Of a stretch of 64,000 nt of DNA, positions 47,087 through 59,794 are shown one piece after another (position 1 is the first letter of the stretch; every line of letters begins with the position of its first letter). The DNA is from Bacteroidota bacterium (GTDB lineage Bacteria > Bacteroidota > Bacteroidia > Bacteroidales > VadinHA17): assembly GCA_022561875.1 (NCBI GenBank), contig JADFQJ010000001.1:96501-160500 (forward strand). Reading direction: 5' to 3'. Below the pieces are notes generated by a model. The model saw only the letters and a list, made by a program, of their open reading frames with translations, ran no database searches and was not told the DNA's origin. Position numbers and translations under genes: made by a program.

Positions 47087-48421
47087 TTATATAATAGCAG
47101 CACTACCTGACCTGCCTTTTATTCTGCCGGATTTCATCAACCCGTCATAGTGACGCATCAGCAAATGGCTTTCAATTTGTTGCAATGTATCCAGAACAAC
47201 ACCAACTAAAATCAGCAGTGAGGTTCCTCCGTAGAACTGAGCAAATTGTCCTGAAACACCAAGATTAACAGCAAATGCCGGCAATATTGCAACCAGGGCA
47301 AGGAAAAATGATCCCGGCAGGGTTATCCTTGACATAATTGTATCAAGAAATTCAACTGTTTTACGTCCCGGTTTAACTCCCGGTATAAATCCTCCGTTCT
47401 TTTTCATATCCTCAGCCATCTGGTTAGGATTAATGGTAATTGCAGTATAGAAATATGTAAACAGTACGATCATAATGCCAAACGTAAGACTATACCAAAA
47501 ACCATACATGTTTGAAAACGCAGCTGCAAATCCCGATACTGATTCTGAAGATGCATATCCAATAAGCATTATTGGTAACATCATTATTGCCTGTGCAAAA
47601 ATTATAGGCATTACACCTGCAGCATTAACTTTTAAAGGTATATATTGACGAACTCCTCCATATTGTTTATTTCCCACTATTCTTTTTGCATATTGGACTG
47701 GTATTCTTCTTGTACCCTGAACAAGCAGAATTGTTCCGAGTACTACTATGAAAAGGAACACAAATTCAAGCAGTAGTACGACTAATCCGCCTGAGCCACC
47801 GATCCGTGTACCAAATTCAAATATCAGAGATGCAGGGAGACGCGAAATAATACCTATCATAATAATCAAAGAGATACCATTACCGATCCCTTTATCGGTT
47901 ATTTTTTCACCAAGCCACATTACAAACATTGTTCCGGTGGTCAGGATAATCACTGATGAAATAGTAAAGAATGCCCCTTTGATCACAAATGCAGTTTCAG
48001 GCAGTTGGGCATGCAGGTTAGCAAGATATGTTGGGGCCTGAAGAAATAAAATACCAACTGTAAGATACCTGGTAAGCTGGTTTATTTTCCTTCTTCCACT
48101 CTCTCCTTCCTTTTGCAATCTCTGGAAATATGGAACAGCAATTCCCAGCAATTGTATCACAATTGATGCGGATATATAAGGCATGATGCCAAGTGCAAAA
48201 ACCGATGCTTGTGAAAATGCTCCACCTGAAAACATATCCAGCAATCCCATAATCCCATCCTTTGTCTGCTGCTGCAGATTTTCCAGTTGTGAAGGGTCAA
48301 TACCCGGGAGAGTAACATATTTACCCAACCGGTAAATTAATAAAATACCAAGAGTATAAAGTATCCTTCTACGAAGATCCTCGATCTTAAAAATATTCTT
48401 TATGGTATTAATTGCTTTCAT
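47087..48421 (-). CDS. secY: Preprotein translocase SecY
   Basis: ALGIMPYISASI, GIGNGISL, AGVMPIIFA, IPGVKPG and GGTSLLI. Confidence 0.98.
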   Translation of the reverse strand: MKAINTIKNIFKIEDLRRRILYTLGILLIYRLGKYVTLPGIDPSQLENLQQQTKDGIMGLLDMFSGGAFSQASVFALGIMPYISASIVIQLLGIAVPYFQRLQKEGESGRRKINQLTRYLTVGILFLQAPTYLANLHAQLPETAFVIKGAFFTISSVIILTTGTMFVMWLGEKITDKGIGNGISLIIMIGIISRLPASLIFEFGTRIGGSGGLVVLLLEFVFLFIVVLGTILLVQGTRRIPVQYAKRIVGNKQYGGVRQYIPLKVNAAGVMPIIFAQAIMMLPIMLIGYASSESVSGFAAAFSNMYGFWYSLTFGIMIVLFTYFYTAITINPNQMAEDMKKNGGFIPGVKPGRKTVEFLDTIMSRITLPGSFFLALVAILPAFAVNLGVSGQFAQFYGGTSLLILVGVVLDTLQQIESHLLMRHYDGLMKSGRIKGRSGSAAII

Positions 48422-48873
48422 TAAAAAGTTATTTTTTCAACAGTTCCTTTCCGGGATTCGATGGCTTCCTGTGCTGATTTTGAGAAAGCATGTGCTTTCA
48501 CATCAAGTTTCAAAGTCAATTTACCATTACCAAGAATTTTCACCATGGTTTTTCCGGAAACCAAACCAGCTTTAACCAGGGTTTCAACGTCAATTTTGTC
48601 TGTTTTTATCTTTTCCGCAAGAGCCTGGATTAAATCCAGATTTACACCTTTAAAGACTTTTCTAGTAGGATTTGTGAAACCATATTTCGGAACCCGACGT
48701 TGAAGAGGCATTTGTCCGCCTTCAAAGCCAATTTTCTTTGAGTATCCTGACCTTGACTTTTGTCCTTTATGCCCTCTTGTGGAAGTACCACCTCTCCCGG
48801 ATCCCTGACCTCTTCCAATCCTTTTTGCTTTCCTGGTGGATCCTTCTGCCGGTTTTAAATTACTTAAATCCAT
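48421..48873 (-). CDS. rplO: 50S ribosomal protein uL15
   Basis: GRGQGSG, RGHKGQKSR and FEGGQMP. Confidence 0.98.
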   Translation of the reverse strand: MDLSNLKPAEGSTRKAKRIGRGQGSGRGGTSTRGHKGQKSRSGYSKKIGFEGGQMPLQRRVPKYGFTNPTRKVFKGVNLDLIQALAEKIKTDKIDVETLVKAGLVSGKTMVKILGNGKLTLKLDVKAHAFSKSAQEAIESRKGTVEKITF

Positions 48874-48897
48874 AATAACTAAACATAAACATTATTC

Positions 48898-49077
48898 TTA
48901 TAATTCTTCAACTTTCACAAGGTGCTTAACTTTATAAACCATTCCTGCTATTTGCGGAGTAGCTTCCACTTCAACTGGACGATGCATTTTTTTCAGTCCA
49001 AGTGCTTCAAGTGTTTTTTTCTGACGCTTTGTACTGCCTATTTTACTCTTTATCTGTGTTACGCGTATCTTTGCCAT
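48898..49077 (-). CDS. rpmD: 50S ribosomal protein uL30
   Basis: Manual translation: MAKIRVTQIKSKIGSTKRQKKTLEALGLKKMHRPVEVEATPQIAGMVYKVKHLVKVEEL*. Confidence 0.95.
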   Translation of the reverse strand: MAKIRVTQIKSKIGSTKRQKKTLEALGLKKMHRPVEVEATPQIAGMVYKVKHLVKVEEL

Positions 49078-49095
49078 AAATAAAATTATTCTGAC

Positions 49096-49611
49096 CTAAC
49101 CGTTAAAAACTTTTTCCATTGAAATTCCTCTTTGCCTGGCCACAGAGTATGCATCTCTTAATTCAAGCAATGCTTTCATCGTGGCTTTTACCAGGTTGTG
49201 CGGGTTTGATGATCCTTTTGACTTTGCAAGGACATCTTTAACGCCGACGCTTTCAAGCACAGCCCTCATAGCACCTCCGGCTTTAACCCCGGTACCGCTG
49301 GATGCAGGCTTAATAAAAACCTTTGCACCACCATATTTCGCCAGTTGTTCATGTGGTATTGTACCGTTAATAATTGGCACTTTGATAAGGTTCTTTTTCG
49401 CATCTTCAATACCCTTTGCAATAGCAGTTGTAACTTCATTGGCCTTTCCCAATCCGTATCCAACTATTCCATCCTCATTACCAACAACAACTATTGCTGA
49501 GAAACTAAAGTTACGACCACCTTTGGTAACCTTTGTTACCCTCTGGATACCAACAAGCCGGTCCTTAAGGTCAAGATCACTGGTTTTTACTTTTCTAATA
49601 CCGTTCGACAT
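49096..49611 (-). CDS. rpsE: 30S ribosomal protein uS5
   Basis: [10 protein letters not shown] and GTGVKAGG. Confidence 0.98.
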   Translation of the reverse strand: MSNGIRKVKTSDLDLKDRLVGIQRVTKVTKGGRNFSFSAIVVVGNEDGIVGYGLGKANEVTTAIAKGIEDAKKNLIKVPIINGTIPHEQLAKYGGAKVFIKPASSGTGVKAGGAMRAVLESVGVKDVLAKSKGSSNPHNLVKATMKALLELRDAYSVARQRGISMEKVFNG

Positions 49612-49615
49612 AATC

Positions 49616-49975
49616 TTATATTTTTAATCCGTTTTCCCGGGCTGCATCAGCTAATGATTTAACTCTTCCGTGAAATAAATAACCGCCTCTGTCGAAAAAC
49701 ACTTCTTTAATTCCCTCTTTCTTACACTTCTCTGCAATTAATTTTCCGACGAGTTTTGCCTGTTCGGTCTTTGTAATATTCTTTTTACCGGCAACATCTT
49801 TCTCAAGAGATGATGCAACAAGCAAGGTATTGCCCTGATAATCATCTATTAACTGCACGGATATCTGCCTGTTACTCCTGAAAACAGACATCCTCGGTTT
49901 TCCGGTCGTACCCGATAATTTCCCCCGGATACGCATTCTTATTTTTTGTCTTCTTTCTCTTTTTGTTAAAGCCAT
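49616..49975 (-). CDS. rplR: 50S ribosomal protein uL18
   Basis: PRMSVFRSN and [12 protein letters not shown]. Confidence 0.98.
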   Translation of the reverse strand: MALTKRERRQKIRMRIRGKLSGTTGKPRMSVFRSNRQISVQLIDDYQGNTLLVASSLEKDVAGKKNITKTEQAKLVGKLIAEKCKKEGIKEVFFDRGGYLFHGRVKSLADAARENGLKI

Positions 49976-49996
49976 AGCCTACTTCATTTTACACAA

Positions 49997-50548
49997 TTAA
50001 ACACTTGCAGTTTTTCCAGCCTTTCTTCTTATTTGTTCACCAACAAACTTAATTCCTTTCCCTTTATAAGGTTCAGGGGGACGAAATGAACGAATTCTTG
50101 CAGCTACCTGTCCAATAAGTTGTTTATCATGACTTTTCAAGGTTATTATAGGGTTTTTTCTTCGTTCAGTTAAAGTTTCGACCTTAATTTCCGGAGCCAA
50201 CTCAATATAAATATCATGTGAATAACCAAGGCTTAATTCTAACCTTTGACCCTTGGAAATAGCTTTGAAACCAACACCAACCAATTCCTGTTGTATCGTG
50301 AATCCTTCGAACACACCGGTAACCATATTATTTATCAATGAACGGTAAAGCCCGTGCATTGCTTTGTTCCGTTTCTGATCGTTAGACCTTTCGAAAACCA
50401 CCTGATTATTGTCAATCTTTACCTTTATCTCTTTGTTTATTTCCTGGTGTAATTCACCAAGAGGACCTTTAACAACAATCACATTATTATCCAAAGTTGC
50501 TGTTACTCCCTCAGGTAACTTAACTGGTAAAATTCCTATTCTTGACAT
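49997..50548 (-). CDS. rplF: 50S ribosomal protein uL6
   Basis: MSRIG and RPPEPYKGKG. Confidence 0.98.
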   Translation of the reverse strand: MSRIGILPVKLPEGVTATLDNNVIVVKGPLGELHQEINKEIKVKIDNNQVVFERSNDQKRNKAMHGLYRSLINNMVTGVFEGFTIQQELVGVGFKAISKGQRLELSLGYSHDIYIELAPEIKVETLTERRKNPIITLKSHDKQLIGQVAARIRSFRPPEPYKGKGIKFVGEQIRRKAGKTASV

Positions 50549-50559
50549 TTAAGAACCTC

Positions 50560-50955
50560 CTATTGTATGTAACATAAAACTTCACCACCAATATTCATTT
50601 TCCTGGCTTCTTTATCGGTCATCACCCCCTGTGAAGTTGAAAGTACCGCTATACCGAGACCATTAAGTACCCGGGGTAGTTTGTCGGCACTTGCATACTT
50701 CCTCAAACCGGGGCGGCTTACCCGTGTAAGTAATTTTATAGCCGGTTTTTTATTCTCCGGATTATATTTCAAAGCTATTTTAATAATCCCCTGAAGATCA
50801 TCATCCTCAAACTTATAATTAAGAATATAGCCTTTTTCAAAAAGTATTTTGGTTATATCTTTCTTAAGATTAGAAGCCGGAATATCAACCACTTTATTTT
50901 TGACCATTATGGCATTTCTTATCCTGGTAAGGTAATCTGCTATCGGATCTGTCAT
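50560..50955 (-). CDS. rpsH: 30S ribosomal protein uS8
   Basis: [19 protein letters not shown] and STSQG. Confidence 0.98.
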   Translation of the reverse strand: MTDPIADYLTRIRNAIMVKNKVVDIPASNLKKDITKILFEKGYILNYKFEDDDLQGIIKIALKYNPENKKPAIKLLTRVSRPGLRKYASADKLPRVLNGLGIAVLSTSQGVMTDKEARKMNIGGEVLCYIQ

Positions 50956-51006
50956 TTTCTGTTCTCTTTAAATACTTTATTCATGTTTTTTTCCGTACCG
51001 TGATAA

Positions 51007-51276
51007 TTACCAACTTGCTTTCTTAACCCCGGGGATCAAACCCATATTTGCCATTTCACGGAAGGTAATCCTGCTAATACCAAATTGTCTCATATATCCT
51101 CTTGGACGTCCGGTAAGGCTGCATCTGTTATGCAAACGAACCGGGCTCGAATTTCGTGGTAAACGACTCAAGCCAACATAATCACCTTCTGCTTTAAGTT
51201 TTGCCCTCTTTTCAGCATACTTATCAACAAGTTTCTTACGCTTTACTTCCCGGGCTTTCATTGATTCCTTTGCCAT
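51007..51276 (-). CDS. rpsN: 30S ribosomal protein uS14 (89 aa, Zn-free type)
   Basis: [11 protein letters not shown] and PGVKKASW. Confidence 0.98.
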   Translation of the reverse strand: MAKESMKAREVKRKKLVDKYAEKRAKLKAEGDYVGLSRLPRNSSPVRLHNRCSLTGRPRGYMRQFGISRITFREMANMGLIPGVKKASW

Positions 51277-51284
51277 AATAATTA

Positions 51285-51836
51285 TTATTTATTTTTTTTG
51301 AAAGGCATTCCAAATGCTTTTAATAACGCTAGCCCTTCTTCGTCTGTTTGAGCTGAAGATACAAATGATATCTGAAGACCTTGTATCTTATTAATTTTAT
51401 CAAGATTGATTTCAGGAAAGATTATCTGCTCAGTAATTCCAAGTGTATAATTCCCATGCCCGTCGAGCTTGTTTTTATTACCATTAAAGTCCCGGATACG
51501 TGGCATAGCAACACGGATAAGTCTTTCCAGAAATTCGTACATTCCATTCCTGCGCAAAGTAACTGTTACACCAATAGGCATATCTTTTCTGAGTTTGAAA
51601 TTTGATATGTCTTTCTTTGATTTGGTTTGCACAGCTTTCTGACCTGCAATAGTAGTTATTTCGCCAACTCCAATATCTACCAGCTTTTTGTCAGCAACAG
51701 CTTCGCCAATTCCCTGATTGATCACAATTTTCTGCAACCTTGGAACCTGCATCACCGATTTATACCCAAATTCTTTTTTCAACGCAGGAATTACCTCCTT
51801 GTAGTATTTCTTTTTCATGGCAGGCATGTATTCCAT
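51285..51836 (-). CDS. rplE: 50S ribosomal protein uL5
   Basis: KIVINQG, SNFKLR, PRIRDF and EQIIFPEI. Confidence 0.98.
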   Translation of the reverse strand: MEYMPAMKKKYYKEVIPALKKEFGYKSVMQVPRLQKIVINQGIGEAVADKKLVDIGVGEITTIAGQKAVQTKSKKDISNFKLRKDMPIGVTVTLRRNGMYEFLERLIRVAMPRIRDFNGNKNKLDGHGNYTLGITEQIIFPEINLDKINKIQGLQISFVSSAQTDEEGLALLKAFGMPFKKNK

Positions 51837-52159
51837 TACTTGATCTCCTCCCCTGATTTTTTTGAATAACGCACTAATTTATTATTATCATTGTATCTTC
51901 TGCCTATCCGGGTTGGCTCACCACTTGCAGGATCAATAAGCATAAGGTTTGAAATATGGATTGGCGCCTCTTTTTTTACAATCCCCCCTTGCGGGTTTTG
52001 AGCATCAGGTTTTGTATGTTTTGATATCATATTAACACCTTCCACAAGAGCACGTTGCGTTTTTCGATAAACCTCTAAGACTCTGCCCTGTTGATCTTTT
52101 GATTCGCCTGTATTAACAACAACCGTATCTCCTTTTTTTATGTGTAATTTATTCTGCAT
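51836..52159 (-). CDS. rplX: 50S ribosomal protein uL24
   Basis: [12 protein letters not shown] and EAPIHISN. Confidence 0.98.
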   Translation of the reverse strand: MQNKLHIKKGDTVVVNTGESKDQQGRVLEVYRKTQRALVEGVNMISKHTKPDAQNPQGGIVKKEAPIHISNLMLIDPASGEPTRIGRRYNDNNKLVRYSKKSGEEIK

Positions 52160-52177
52160 TTGAATATGCTTTTAAGA

Positions 52178-52543
52178 TTATAATACTTCAGGTGCTAATG
52201 AAATGATTTTCATATACTTCTCACGCAGCTCCCTGGGAACCGGGCCAAATATTCTTGTTCCACGAATCTCATTCACGTTATCCAGAAGAACCACAGCATT
52301 ATCATCAAAGCGAATGTACGACCCGTCTGGTCTACGTATCTCCTTTTTTGTTCTAACAACAACTGCTGTACTTACCATACCCTTTTTGGCTTCACCGGAA
52401 GGCAGAGCACTTTTAACGGTAACAATCACCTTGTCGCCAATTGAGGCATATCTTCTACCTGTACCACCTAATACCCGGATACAAAGGACTTCTTTTGCAC
52501 CCGTATTATCCGCCACAGACAATCTGCTTTCTTGCTGTATCAT
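52178..52543 (-). CDS. rplN: 50S ribosomal protein uL14
   Basis: [20 protein letters not shown] and SLAPEVL. Confidence 0.98.
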   Translation of the reverse strand: MIQQESRLSVADNTGAKEVLCIRVLGGTGRRYASIGDKVIVTVKSALPSGEAKKGMVSTAVVVRTKKEIRRPDGSYIRFDDNAVVLLDNVNEIRGTRIFGPVPRELREKYMKIISLAPEVL

Positions 52544-52545
52544 AG

Positions 52546-52803
52546 CTATTTAACTTTTTCAATTACTTCAACTAATCTCCAGGTTTTATTTTTGCTCAGA
52601 GGTCTGGTTTCCATAATCTTTACCAAGTCGCCGACATTGCACATGTTTCCTTCATCATGTGCAACAAATTTACTTTTCTTGTTAACGAATTTACCATATA
52701 TAGGATGCTTCATTTTTCTGTTTACAGCAACTATAATAGATTTCTCCATTTTATTGCTTACCACGAGCCCTGTTTTTTCTTTTCTCAAATTTCTCTTTTC
52801 CAT
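52546..52803 (-). CDS. rpsQ: 30S ribosomal protein uS17
   Basis: [14 protein letters not shown] and ETRPLSK. Confidence 0.98.
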   Translation of the reverse strand: MEKRNLRKEKTGLVVSNKMEKSIIVAVNRKMKHPIYGKFVNKKSKFVAHDEGNMCNVGDLVKIMETRPLSKNKTWRLVEVIEKVK

Positions 52804-52809
52804 AGAAAA

Positions 52810-53016
52810 TTAGCTGTTTGATTTCTCGTTTATTTCTCTTTGATGCAGAATTGTTTTTAACCTGGCAACTACCCTGCGACTCTCTTTTAATTTCACGGGA
52901 TTATCCAATGGTGACACTGCATGATTCATTTTCAGCCTGATCAGAAAATTCTGCTCATTTTCGATCCGTTCAATAATTTCCTTTGTAGTTAACTCTATAA
53001 TTTCAGATGCATTCAT
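52810..53016 (-). CDS. rpmC: 50S ribosomal protein uL29
   Basis: Position between rplP and rpsQ; LDNP...RRVVARLKT. Confidence 0.93.
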   Translation of the reverse strand: MNASEIIELTTKEIIERIENEQNFLIRLKMNHAVSPLDNPVKLKESRRVVARLKTILHQREINEKSNS

Positions 53017-53027
53017 CACAATATTGT

Positions 53028-53447
53028 TTATTCATAGTAATCATTCCGTACAACAAATTTTGTTGTAACCGGCAATTTTTGGGCCGCCAGTCTGAGTGCT
53101 TCTTTAGCAATAGCTATCGGTACACCCTCAGCCTCAATAATTATTCTTCCAGGAGATACCGGTGCAACAAATCCTTCAGGGGCACCTTTCCCCTTCCCCA
53201 TTCTAACTTCAGCAGGTTTTTTCGTTATGGGTTTATCAGGAAAAATCCTTATCCATATCTGACCGTCACGTTTCATGTAACGGGTTACAGCTTGCCTTGC
53301 TGCTTCAATTTGCCTTCCGGTAATCCATGCTTCCTGCAAAGTTTTAATTCCGAATGAACCAAAAGCCAGAGAGTATCCTCTCTTAGAATTACCTTTCATT
53401 TTTCCTTTCTGGCATCTTCTATATTTTGTCTTCTTTGGTTGTAACAT
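53028..53447 (-). CDS. rplP: 50S ribosomal protein uL16
   Basis: QIEAAR, IFPDKP and RMGKGKG. Confidence 0.98.
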   Translation of the reverse strand: MLQPKKTKYRRCQKGKMKGNSKRGYSLAFGSFGIKTLQEAWITGRQIEAARQAVTRYMKRDGQIWIRIFPDKPITKKPAEVRMGKGKGAPEGFVAPVSPGRIIIEAEGVPIAIAKEALRLAAQKLPVTTKFVVRNDYYE

Positions 53448-53487
53448 CTCTTTCAGATTTCGTATGGTACTACTTTTCGGTCAATAC

Positions 53488-54177
53488 TTATCTTCTTCTC
53501 CTCGGTCCTCTTCTGGGACTCTTAGCCCCAATATTGGGAGAAAGGTCGCGTTTACCAACTATCTCACCTTTGCAGATCCATATTTTGACTCCTATCAAAC
53601 CCACTTTAGTAAGTGCCTCACCCAGAGCGTAGTCGATATCAGCCCTGAAAGTATGTAATGGTACCCTGCCTTCTTTATAAGTTTCCGTCCGTGCCATCTC
53701 AGTTCCACCTAATCTTCCTGAGATTAACACCTTAATTCCTTCAGCCCCCATTCTCATAGTTGAGGCAATAGCCATCTTAATAGCCCTCCGGTAAGAAACT
53801 CTCCCCTCAAGTTGCCTGGCAATGTTATTAGCAACGATAGTAGCATTCAATTCAGGTCGTTTTACTTCAAAAATATTAATTTGAACTTCCTTATTTGTAA
53901 TCTTCTTAAGCTCTTCTTTTAGCTTATCAACCTCTTGTCCTCCTTTTCCAATAATTATTCCCGGACGTGCTGTATTGACAGTCACAGTGATCATTTTCAG
54001 GGTTCTTTCGATAATGATCTTTGAAACATTTGCCTTTGCAAGACGCACATTCAAATATTCCCTGATCCTGGCATCTTCAACAAGTTTAAGGGTATAATCA
54101 TTACCACCGTACCAGTTGGAATCCCACCCTTTGATAATACCTAACCTATTTCCTATCGGATTAACTTTTTGTCCCAT
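53488..54177 (-). CDS. rpsC: 30S ribosomal protein uS3
   Basis: MGQKVNP, RPGIIIG, SGRLGG and [11 protein letters not shown]. Confidence 0.98.
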   Translation of the reverse strand: MGQKVNPIGNRLGIIKGWDSNWYGGNDYTLKLVEDARIREYLNVRLAKANVSKIIIERTLKMITVTVNTARPGIIIGKGGQEVDKLKEELKKITNKEVQINIFEVKRPELNATIVANNIARQLEGRVSYRRAIKMAIASTMRMGAEGIKVLISGRLGGTEMARTETYKEGRVPLHTFRADIDYALGEALTKVGLIGVKIWICKGEIVGKRDLSPNIGAKSPRRGPRRRR

Positions 54178-54603
54178 CTATTTATTGTTTGTTGAAAGTT
54201 CTTCAGTTAGATTTAAACTACCTAACACCAGTGTGACGTGGTTTGATCTTTTCTTAATTCTATGAGCCCTGCCTTGTGGCGCCGGACGTATTCGCTTTAA
54301 AACCCTTCCACTGTCAACAAATAATTCTTTAATAAAAAGATTACTATCTTCTACCCGTACTCCTTCATTTTTATTCTGCCAGTTTGCAATAGCGGAGAGT
54401 AATAATTTCTCCACTTTTCTCGAAGCTTCTTTCGGACTGTATTTCAGCAAATCAAGAGCTTTGTTCACCTCTTCACCTCTTACCATATCAACAACAAGTC
54501 TCATCTTCCTTGGAGATGTGGGGCAGTTTTTCAGAACTGCCAAATATTTATTCTTTTTTTCTTCCTTAAGTTTTTCAGCTCTGTTTCTTTTTTTTGAACC
54601 CAT
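54178..54603 (-). CDS. rplV: 50S ribosomal protein uL22
   Basis: [15 protein letters not shown] and PQGRA. Confidence 0.97.
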   Translation of the reverse strand: MGSKKRNRAEKLKEEKKNKYLAVLKNCPTSPRKMRLVVDMVRGEEVNKALDLLKYSPKEASRKVEKLLLSAIANWQNKNEGVRVEDSNLFIKELFVDSGRVLKRIRPAPQGRAHRIKKRSNHVTLVLGSLNLTEELSTNNK

Positions 54604-54646
54604 TTCCTATCTAGTTTATTCAAAATTTTTAAAAGCCCGGTATAAA

Positions 54647-54913
54647 TTACCTTTCTTTTCCACCATGTCCGCGGAAAATTCTTGTTGGTGCGAATTCACC
54701 AAGCTTATGCCCCACCATATTCTCTGTAATATATACAGGAATAAATTTATTTCCGTTATGAACAGCAACGGTATGCCCGACGAAATCAGGAGAAATCATC
54801 GAACGTCTCGACCAGGTCTTTACAACTTTCTTCTTGCCTGATTTGTTCATCTCCAAAATACGCTTCTCAATTTTATAATCAATAAAAGGACCTTTTTTAA
54901 GTGACCGGCTCAT
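54647..54913 (-). CDS. rpsS: 30S ribosomal protein uS19
   Basis: RSLKKGP, TWSRRS and MVGHKLGEF. Confidence 0.98.
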   Translation of the reverse strand: MSRSLKKGPFIDYKIEKRILEMNKSGKKKVVKTWSRRSMISPDFVGHTVAVHNGNKFIPVYITENMVGHKLGEFAPTRIFRGHGGKER

Positions 54914-54939
54914 GATATTAATTCATTAAAATACTATTT

Positions 54940-55764
54940 CTATTTCTTTCTTTTAACAACGATATATTTGTCGGAATACTTTTTCCGTGGTCTGGTTCTA
55001 TAACCTTTTGCCGGAATTCCTTTTCTTGACCTTGGATGGCCACCTGAAGCTTTTCCTTCACCACCTCCCATTGGATGGTCAACAGGGTTCATTGCAACAC
55101 CACGTACACGCGGTCTTCTACCCAACCATCTGCTTCTACCAGCTTTACCAGATATTTCAAGGTCATGATCAGCATTTGAAACCGCACCGATAGTACCTTT
55201 ACAAGTTACCAGTACTTTCCTCGATTCACCTGAGGGTAGTTTGATAATGGCAAATTTCCCTTCCCTGGATGTCAATTGTGCATATAATCCCCCGCTTTTC
55301 GCAAGAACTCCTCCCCTGCCTGGCTGAAGCTCAATATTATGAATAACAGTTCCAAGTGGAATATCCGACAAGTAAAGAGCATTCCCTACATCAGGGCTTG
55401 CTCCTTTACCAGATTTTACAACATCATCCACCTTTAATCCATTCGGGGCAATAATATACCTCTTTTCTCCATCTTCATAAACTATCAAAGCTATCCGGGC
55501 TGTTCTGTTCGGATCATATTCAATGGTTTTTACCTTGGCCGACATCCCATCTTTGTCCCGCTTAAAATCTATCAGACGGTATCTTTGTTTATGGCCTCCA
55601 CCAATATATCTCATCGTCATCCTGCCCTGATTGTTTCTTCCTCCGGATTTCTTCAGCGGACGGATAAGGGATTTCTCAGGGGATGATGAAGTAACATCCT
55701 CAAATGTATCTGCCAGTTTAAATCTTTGACCCGGTGTAATGGGTTTAAATTTTTTTACAGCCAT
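54940..55764 (-). CDS. rplB: 50S ribosomal protein uL2
   Basis: EYDPNRTA and [17 protein letters not shown]. Confidence 0.98.
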   Translation of the reverse strand: MAVKKFKPITPGQRFKLADTFEDVTSSSPEKSLIRPLKKSGGRNNQGRMTMRYIGGGHKQRYRLIDFKRDKDGMSAKVKTIEYDPNRTARIALIVYEDGEKRYIIAPNGLKVDDVVKSGKGASPDVGNALYLSDIPLGTVIHNIELQPGRGGVLAKSGGLYAQLTSREGKFAIIKLPSGESRKVLVTCKGTIGAVSNADHDLEISGKAGRSRWLGRRPRVRGVAMNPVDHPMGGGEGKASGGHPRSRKGIPAKGYRTRPRKKYSDKYIVVKRKK

Positions 55765-55772
55765 AACAAACT

Positions 55773-56063
55773 TTAAATATTGCTGTAGAAGTCAATCTGA
55801 TCTCCTTCAGCTAATGTTATAATTGCTTTCTTATATGAATCAGTCTTGCCGGTCAAAACTCCCGATTTTGTAAGTCGGCTTTTGTTTTTCCCGCCATAAC
55901 GCATTGTATTTACAGATTCTACAGTAACTCCGTACATTTCCTCAACAGCTTTTCTGATCTGTATCTTATTGGCCCTTTTCTCAACAAAAAAACCATAGCG
56001 ATTATGATCTGCTGCCTGGTTTGTCATTTTCTCAGTTACTATAGGTTTAATTAATATATTCAT
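55773..56063 (-). CDS. rplW: 50S ribosomal protein uL23
   Basis: PIVTEK, ANKIQI and YKKAII. Confidence 0.97.
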   Translation of the reverse strand: MNILIKPIVTEKMTNQAADHNRYGFFVEKRANKIQIRKAVEEMYGVTVESVNTMRYGGKNKSRLTKSGVLTGKTDSYKKAIITLAEGDQIDFYSNI

Positions 56064-56074
56064 AACAAAATTCT

Positions 56075-56707
56075 TTACTTAGTTGTAATAGTTTTGTTCA
56101 AAACATCAACAGAGCTTTCAAGAAGTATCAAAGTTGAAGCCCTCATTATTTCGTATGTATTTAAATCTGAAACGATTACAACCTTCGAGCTTTTCAAATT
56201 TCGCGATGACAAATATAGGTTTTTATTTTGTTCGGATAAAACGAAAAGCGATTTTTTATTAGAGATTTTCAATGATGCATTCAAATCAGCTAAAAGTTTA
56301 GTTTTCGGTTCATCGAACTTTACATCTTCCAACACAATAATACTGTTCTCTTTAGCCTTATATGAAAGCGCTGATTTTCTTGCCAGCTGTTTCACTTTTT
56401 TATTCATCTTGAAATCATAGTCCCTGGGCCTCGGACCAAAAACTCTTCCACCACCACGCATTATAGGTGATTTGATACTACCTGCTCTGGCAGTTCCTGT
56501 TCCCTTTTGTTTTTTTATCTTGACAGTACTTCCGCGAATTTCACCTCTTTCTTTAGTTTTATGTGTACCCTGCCTTTGATTGGCCATATAATGCTTCACA
56601 TCCAGGTATATGGCATGATCGTTAGGTTCAATCCTGAAAATTGAATCTATAAGTTCCACTTTTTTCCCGGTGTCTTTTCCTTCTTTATCTACAATTGGTA
56701 ATTTCAT
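56075..56707 (-). CDS. rplD: 50S ribosomal protein uL4
   Basis: [15 protein letters not shown] and GGGRVFGP. Confidence 0.98.
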   Translation of the reverse strand: MKLPIVDKEGKDTGKKVELIDSIFRIEPNDHAIYLDVKHYMANQRQGTHKTKERGEIRGSTVKIKKQKGTGTARAGSIKSPIMRGGGRVFGPRPRDYDFKMNKKVKQLARKSALSYKAKENSIIVLEDVKFDEPKTKLLADLNASLKISNKKSLFVLSEQNKNLYLSSRNLKSSKVVIVSDLNTYEIMRASTLILLESSVDVLNKTITTK

Positions 56708-57324
56708 TATTTCGTAATAATTAAATATGAACCATTGGGACCAGGTACAGATCCTTTAACTATCAATATATTGTCTTCAGGGATAATCTTCATCACTCTC
56801 AAGCTAATTGCCATAACCTGTTTTCCACCGTCTCTTCCAGCCATCCTCATCCCTTTAAAAACTCTTGAGGGGTCAGATGAACCACCCAGAGATCCTGGCG
56901 CTCTCTCGCGGTTGTGTTGTCCGTGAGTTTTATCACCCACACCTTTAAAACCATGACGCTTAACAACTCCCTGAAATCCTTTTCCTTTTGTAATACCTTT
57001 GACATCCACCCAGGTATCATCGTTAAACAACTCAACATCCAGGGTGTCTCCTAATTTCACATCATCACCAAAACCTGTAAATTCAATAAGTTTTCTTTTT
57101 GGTGTGGTGTTAGCTTTTTTGAAATGCCCTTTTTCTGGGTTTGAAGTCCGTTTTTCATTTTTATCATCGAACCCAAGCTGAACAACTTCATACCCATCTT
57201 TCTCTTTTGTTTTAATTTGAGTAATCACACATGGGCCAGCTTTTATAACTGTACATGGAATATTCTTTCCTTCCTCATTAAAAACGGAAGTCATTCCTAC
57301 TTTTTTCCCAATTAATCCCTGCAT
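56707..57324 (-). CDS. rplC: 50S ribosomal protein uL3
   Basis: [19 protein letters not shown] and KGSVPG. Confidence 0.98.
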   Translation of the reverse strand: MQGLIGKKVGMTSVFNEEGKNIPCTVIKAGPCVITQIKTKEKDGYEVVQLGFDDKNEKRTSNPEKGHFKKANTTPKRKLIEFTGFGDDVKLGDTLDVELFNDDTWVDVKGITKGKGFQGVVKRHGFKGVGDKTHGQHNRERAPGSLGGSSDPSRVFKGMRMAGRDGGKQVMAISLRVMKIIPEDNILIVKGSVPGPNGSYLIITK

Positions 57325-57343
57325 TTTCCCTTCTTTTTAATAA

Positions 57344-57649
57344 TTACACTTTGATTTCAACCTCCACTCCACTTGGCAACTCCAGTTTCATTAAAGCATC
57401 GATAGTCTTAGGTGTTGAACTGTAAATGTCGAGGAGTCGTTTAAAAGAAGAAAGCTGAAACTGCTCACGTGACTTTTTATTCACGAACGGAGAACGCAAA
57501 ACTGTAAATACACGCTTATGTGTTGGTAATGGTATTGGACCACTAACAATCGCACCTGTGGATTTAACTGTTTTAACGATCTTCTCAGCTGACCTATCAA
57601 CCAGGTTATGGTCGTAAGACTTTAATTTTATTCTGATCTTTTGGCTCAT
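57344..57649 (-). CDS. rpsJ: 30S ribosomal protein uS10
   Basis: [16 protein letters not shown] and SREQF. Confidence 0.98.
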   Translation of the reverse strand: MSQKIRIKLKSYDHNLVDRSAEKIVKTVKSTGAIVSGPIPLPTHKRVFTVLRSPFVNKKSREQFQLSSFKRLLDIYSSTPKTIDALMKLELPSGVEVEIKV

Positions 57650-57659
57650 TATTATTCAG

Positions 57660-59765
57660 TTATACTAATATTTTTCCTTTTGAACTCTCAATTATCTCAT
57701 TTGATAGTACAGGAGGCACCTCGTCGTAGCGAGAAAATTCCATTGATGAAGTTGCCCTGCCTGACGTAATTGAACGCAGAACAGTAACATACCCGAAAGT
57801 CTCCATCAGGGGTACAATAGCTTTAATAACCCTTGCTTCCGACCTGGATTCCATACCCTGTACCTGTCCGCGTCTTCTATTTATATCTGAAATGATATCA
57901 CCCATGTATTCCTCGGGAGTTACCACCTCAATTGACATGATTGGCTCAAGCAGCACGGGGTTTGCTTTTTGTGTTGCTTTACGGTAAGCCATTCTGGCTG
58001 CAATCTCAAAAGACATACCATCTGAATCAACAGGATGGAAAGAACCGTCTTTTAAAACAACCTTTAGATTGTCCATTTTATAACCCGCCAAAGGACCATT
58101 AAACATAGCACTCCGGAACCCTTTTTCTATTGCCGGAATAAACTCTCTTGGCACATTACCACCTTTGATCTCATTAATAAATTGCAATCCTTCTTCACCT
58201 TTATCAACCGGCGAAATTTCAACAACGATATGGGCAAATTTTCCTTTTCCCCCTGTTTGCTTCTTGAAAATCTCTGTCTGTCTGATATTTATTGTAATCG
58301 CCTCTTTATAAGACACCCGTGGTATTCCCTGATTGCATTCAATATTAAATTCGCGTTTAATACGATCTATCAGTATCTCCAGGTGCAATTCTCCCATACC
58401 ACTTATTATTGTTTGTCCTGACTCTTCATCTGTCTTCACCTGAAAAGTCGGATCTTCTTCTGATAATTTTCTAAGAGCAATTTCCAGCTTATCTACATCG
58501 GCCTGTGTCTTTGGCTCAATCGCAATCTCTATAACAGGCTCGGGGAAAACCATTGACTCCAGAGAGATTGGTTGTTTTATATCACAAAGTGTGTCACCTG
58601 TTTTCAGAGATTTAAACCCTACTGCAGCGCAAATATCTCCTGCTTCAATCTTATCTTTTGGGGTCTGTTTGTTGGCATGCATCTGGTAAAGGCGGGTAAT
58701 TCTTTCACGTTTGTTGGTTCTGGGATTATATACTACCGAATTGGAATGGATAGTCCCTGAATAGACTCTTAAATACGCCAGTCTTCCAACAAACGGATCT
58801 GTTGCAATTTTAAAAGCCAGAGCAGCCATAGGTTGTTCATTATCAGGGCTTCTGCTGATCTCTTTATTATTTTTTGGATGAATTCCCTTAATTGGCCCTA
58901 CATCAAGCGGGCTTGGTAAATAACCGGCAATAGCATCCATCAGTCTCTGCACACCCTTGTTCTTAAAAGCTGATCCACACATTACAGGAACAATAGTCCT
59001 TTCAATTGTCGACCTCCTGATTACATCGCGAATCTCTTCAGAAGTGATTGAATTTGGATCTTCAAAATATCTTTCAAGGAGTGAATCGTCTGTTTCTGCC
59101 ACTGCTTCAAGCAGTTTTTCCCTCCACTCAGCAGTTTCATCTTTCAGGTTTTTAGGAATTTCAACCAGATTGTAATTCGTACCCAATGTTTCGTCATCAT
59201 ACCAAACTACGGCTTTATTGTCAATCAGGTCAATTACTCCTATAAAGGAATCCTCTGAACCTATCGGAATTTGAATAGGCACAGCATTTGACTTCAATTT
59301 ATCTCGTATTTGGTTTACAACTCCGTAATAATCTGCACCAACCCGGTCCATTTTATTAACAAATGCAATCCGGGGAACATTATAGTTATTGGCTTGCCGC
59401 CATACAGTTTCCGACTGCGGTTCCACGCCTCCAACAGCACAAAAAATAGCTACAGCGCCATCAAGCACTCTGAGCGATCTTTCAACCTCAACCGTAAAAT
59501 CAACATGTCCGGGAGTGTCGATAATATTAATTTTATAATCTGTATCCTGATATTTCCAGAAGGTAGTAGTTGCAGCCGAAGTTATTGTAATGCCTCGTTC
59601 CTGTTCCTGTACCATCCAGTCCATTTGAGCTGCCCCATCATGTACTTCACCCATACGATGTGTTATTCCCGTATAAAACAATATCCTCTCGGTAGTTGTT
59701 GTCTTACCGGCATCAATATGGGCCATGATCCCAATATTCCTCGTATATTTTAAATTCTTATTCAT
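57660..59765 (-). CDS. fusA: Elongation factor G (canonical)
   Basis: [23 protein letters not shown] and NKMD; located in the str operon. Confidence 0.98.
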   Translation of the reverse strand: MNKNLKYTRNIGIMAHIDAGKTTTTERILFYTGITHRMGEVHDGAAQMDWMVQEQERGITITSAATTTFWKYQDTDYKINIIDTPGHVDFTVEVERSLRVLDGAVAIFCAVGGVEPQSETVWRQANNYNVPRIAFVNKMDRVGADYYGVVNQIRDKLKSNAVPIQIPIGSEDSFIGVIDLIDNKAVVWYDDETLGTNYNLVEIPKNLKDETAEWREKLLEAVAETDDSLLERYFEDPNSITSEEIRDVIRRSTIERTIVPVMCGSAFKNKGVQRLMDAIAGYLPSPLDVGPIKGIHPKNNKEISRSPDNEQPMAALAFKIATDPFVGRLAYLRVYSGTIHSNSVVYNPRTNKRERITRLYQMHANKQTPKDKIEAGDICAAVGFKSLKTGDTLCDIKQPISLESMVFPEPVIEIAIEPKTQADVDKLEIALRKLSEEDPTFQVKTDEESGQTIISGMGELHLEILIDRIKREFNIECNQGIPRVSYKEAITINIRQTEIFKKQTGGKGKFAHIVVEISPVDKGEEGLQFINEIKGGNVPREFIPAIEKGFRSAMFNGPLAGYKMDNLKVVLKDGSFHPVDSDGMSFEIAARMAYRKATQKANPVLLEPIMSIEVVTPEEYMGDIISDINRRRGQVQGMESRSEARVIKAIVPLMETFGYVTVLRSITSGRATSSMEFSRYDEVPPVLSNEIIESSKGKILV

Positions 59766-59794
59766 TCTCAGATCAAACTCTTTTAAACAGCTGT

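Noticed and set aside
45935-51276. Zinc-free bL36 and uS14 variants in the main operon
   Set aside because: Typical of Bacteroidota; not evidence of a zinc-starvation paralog system.
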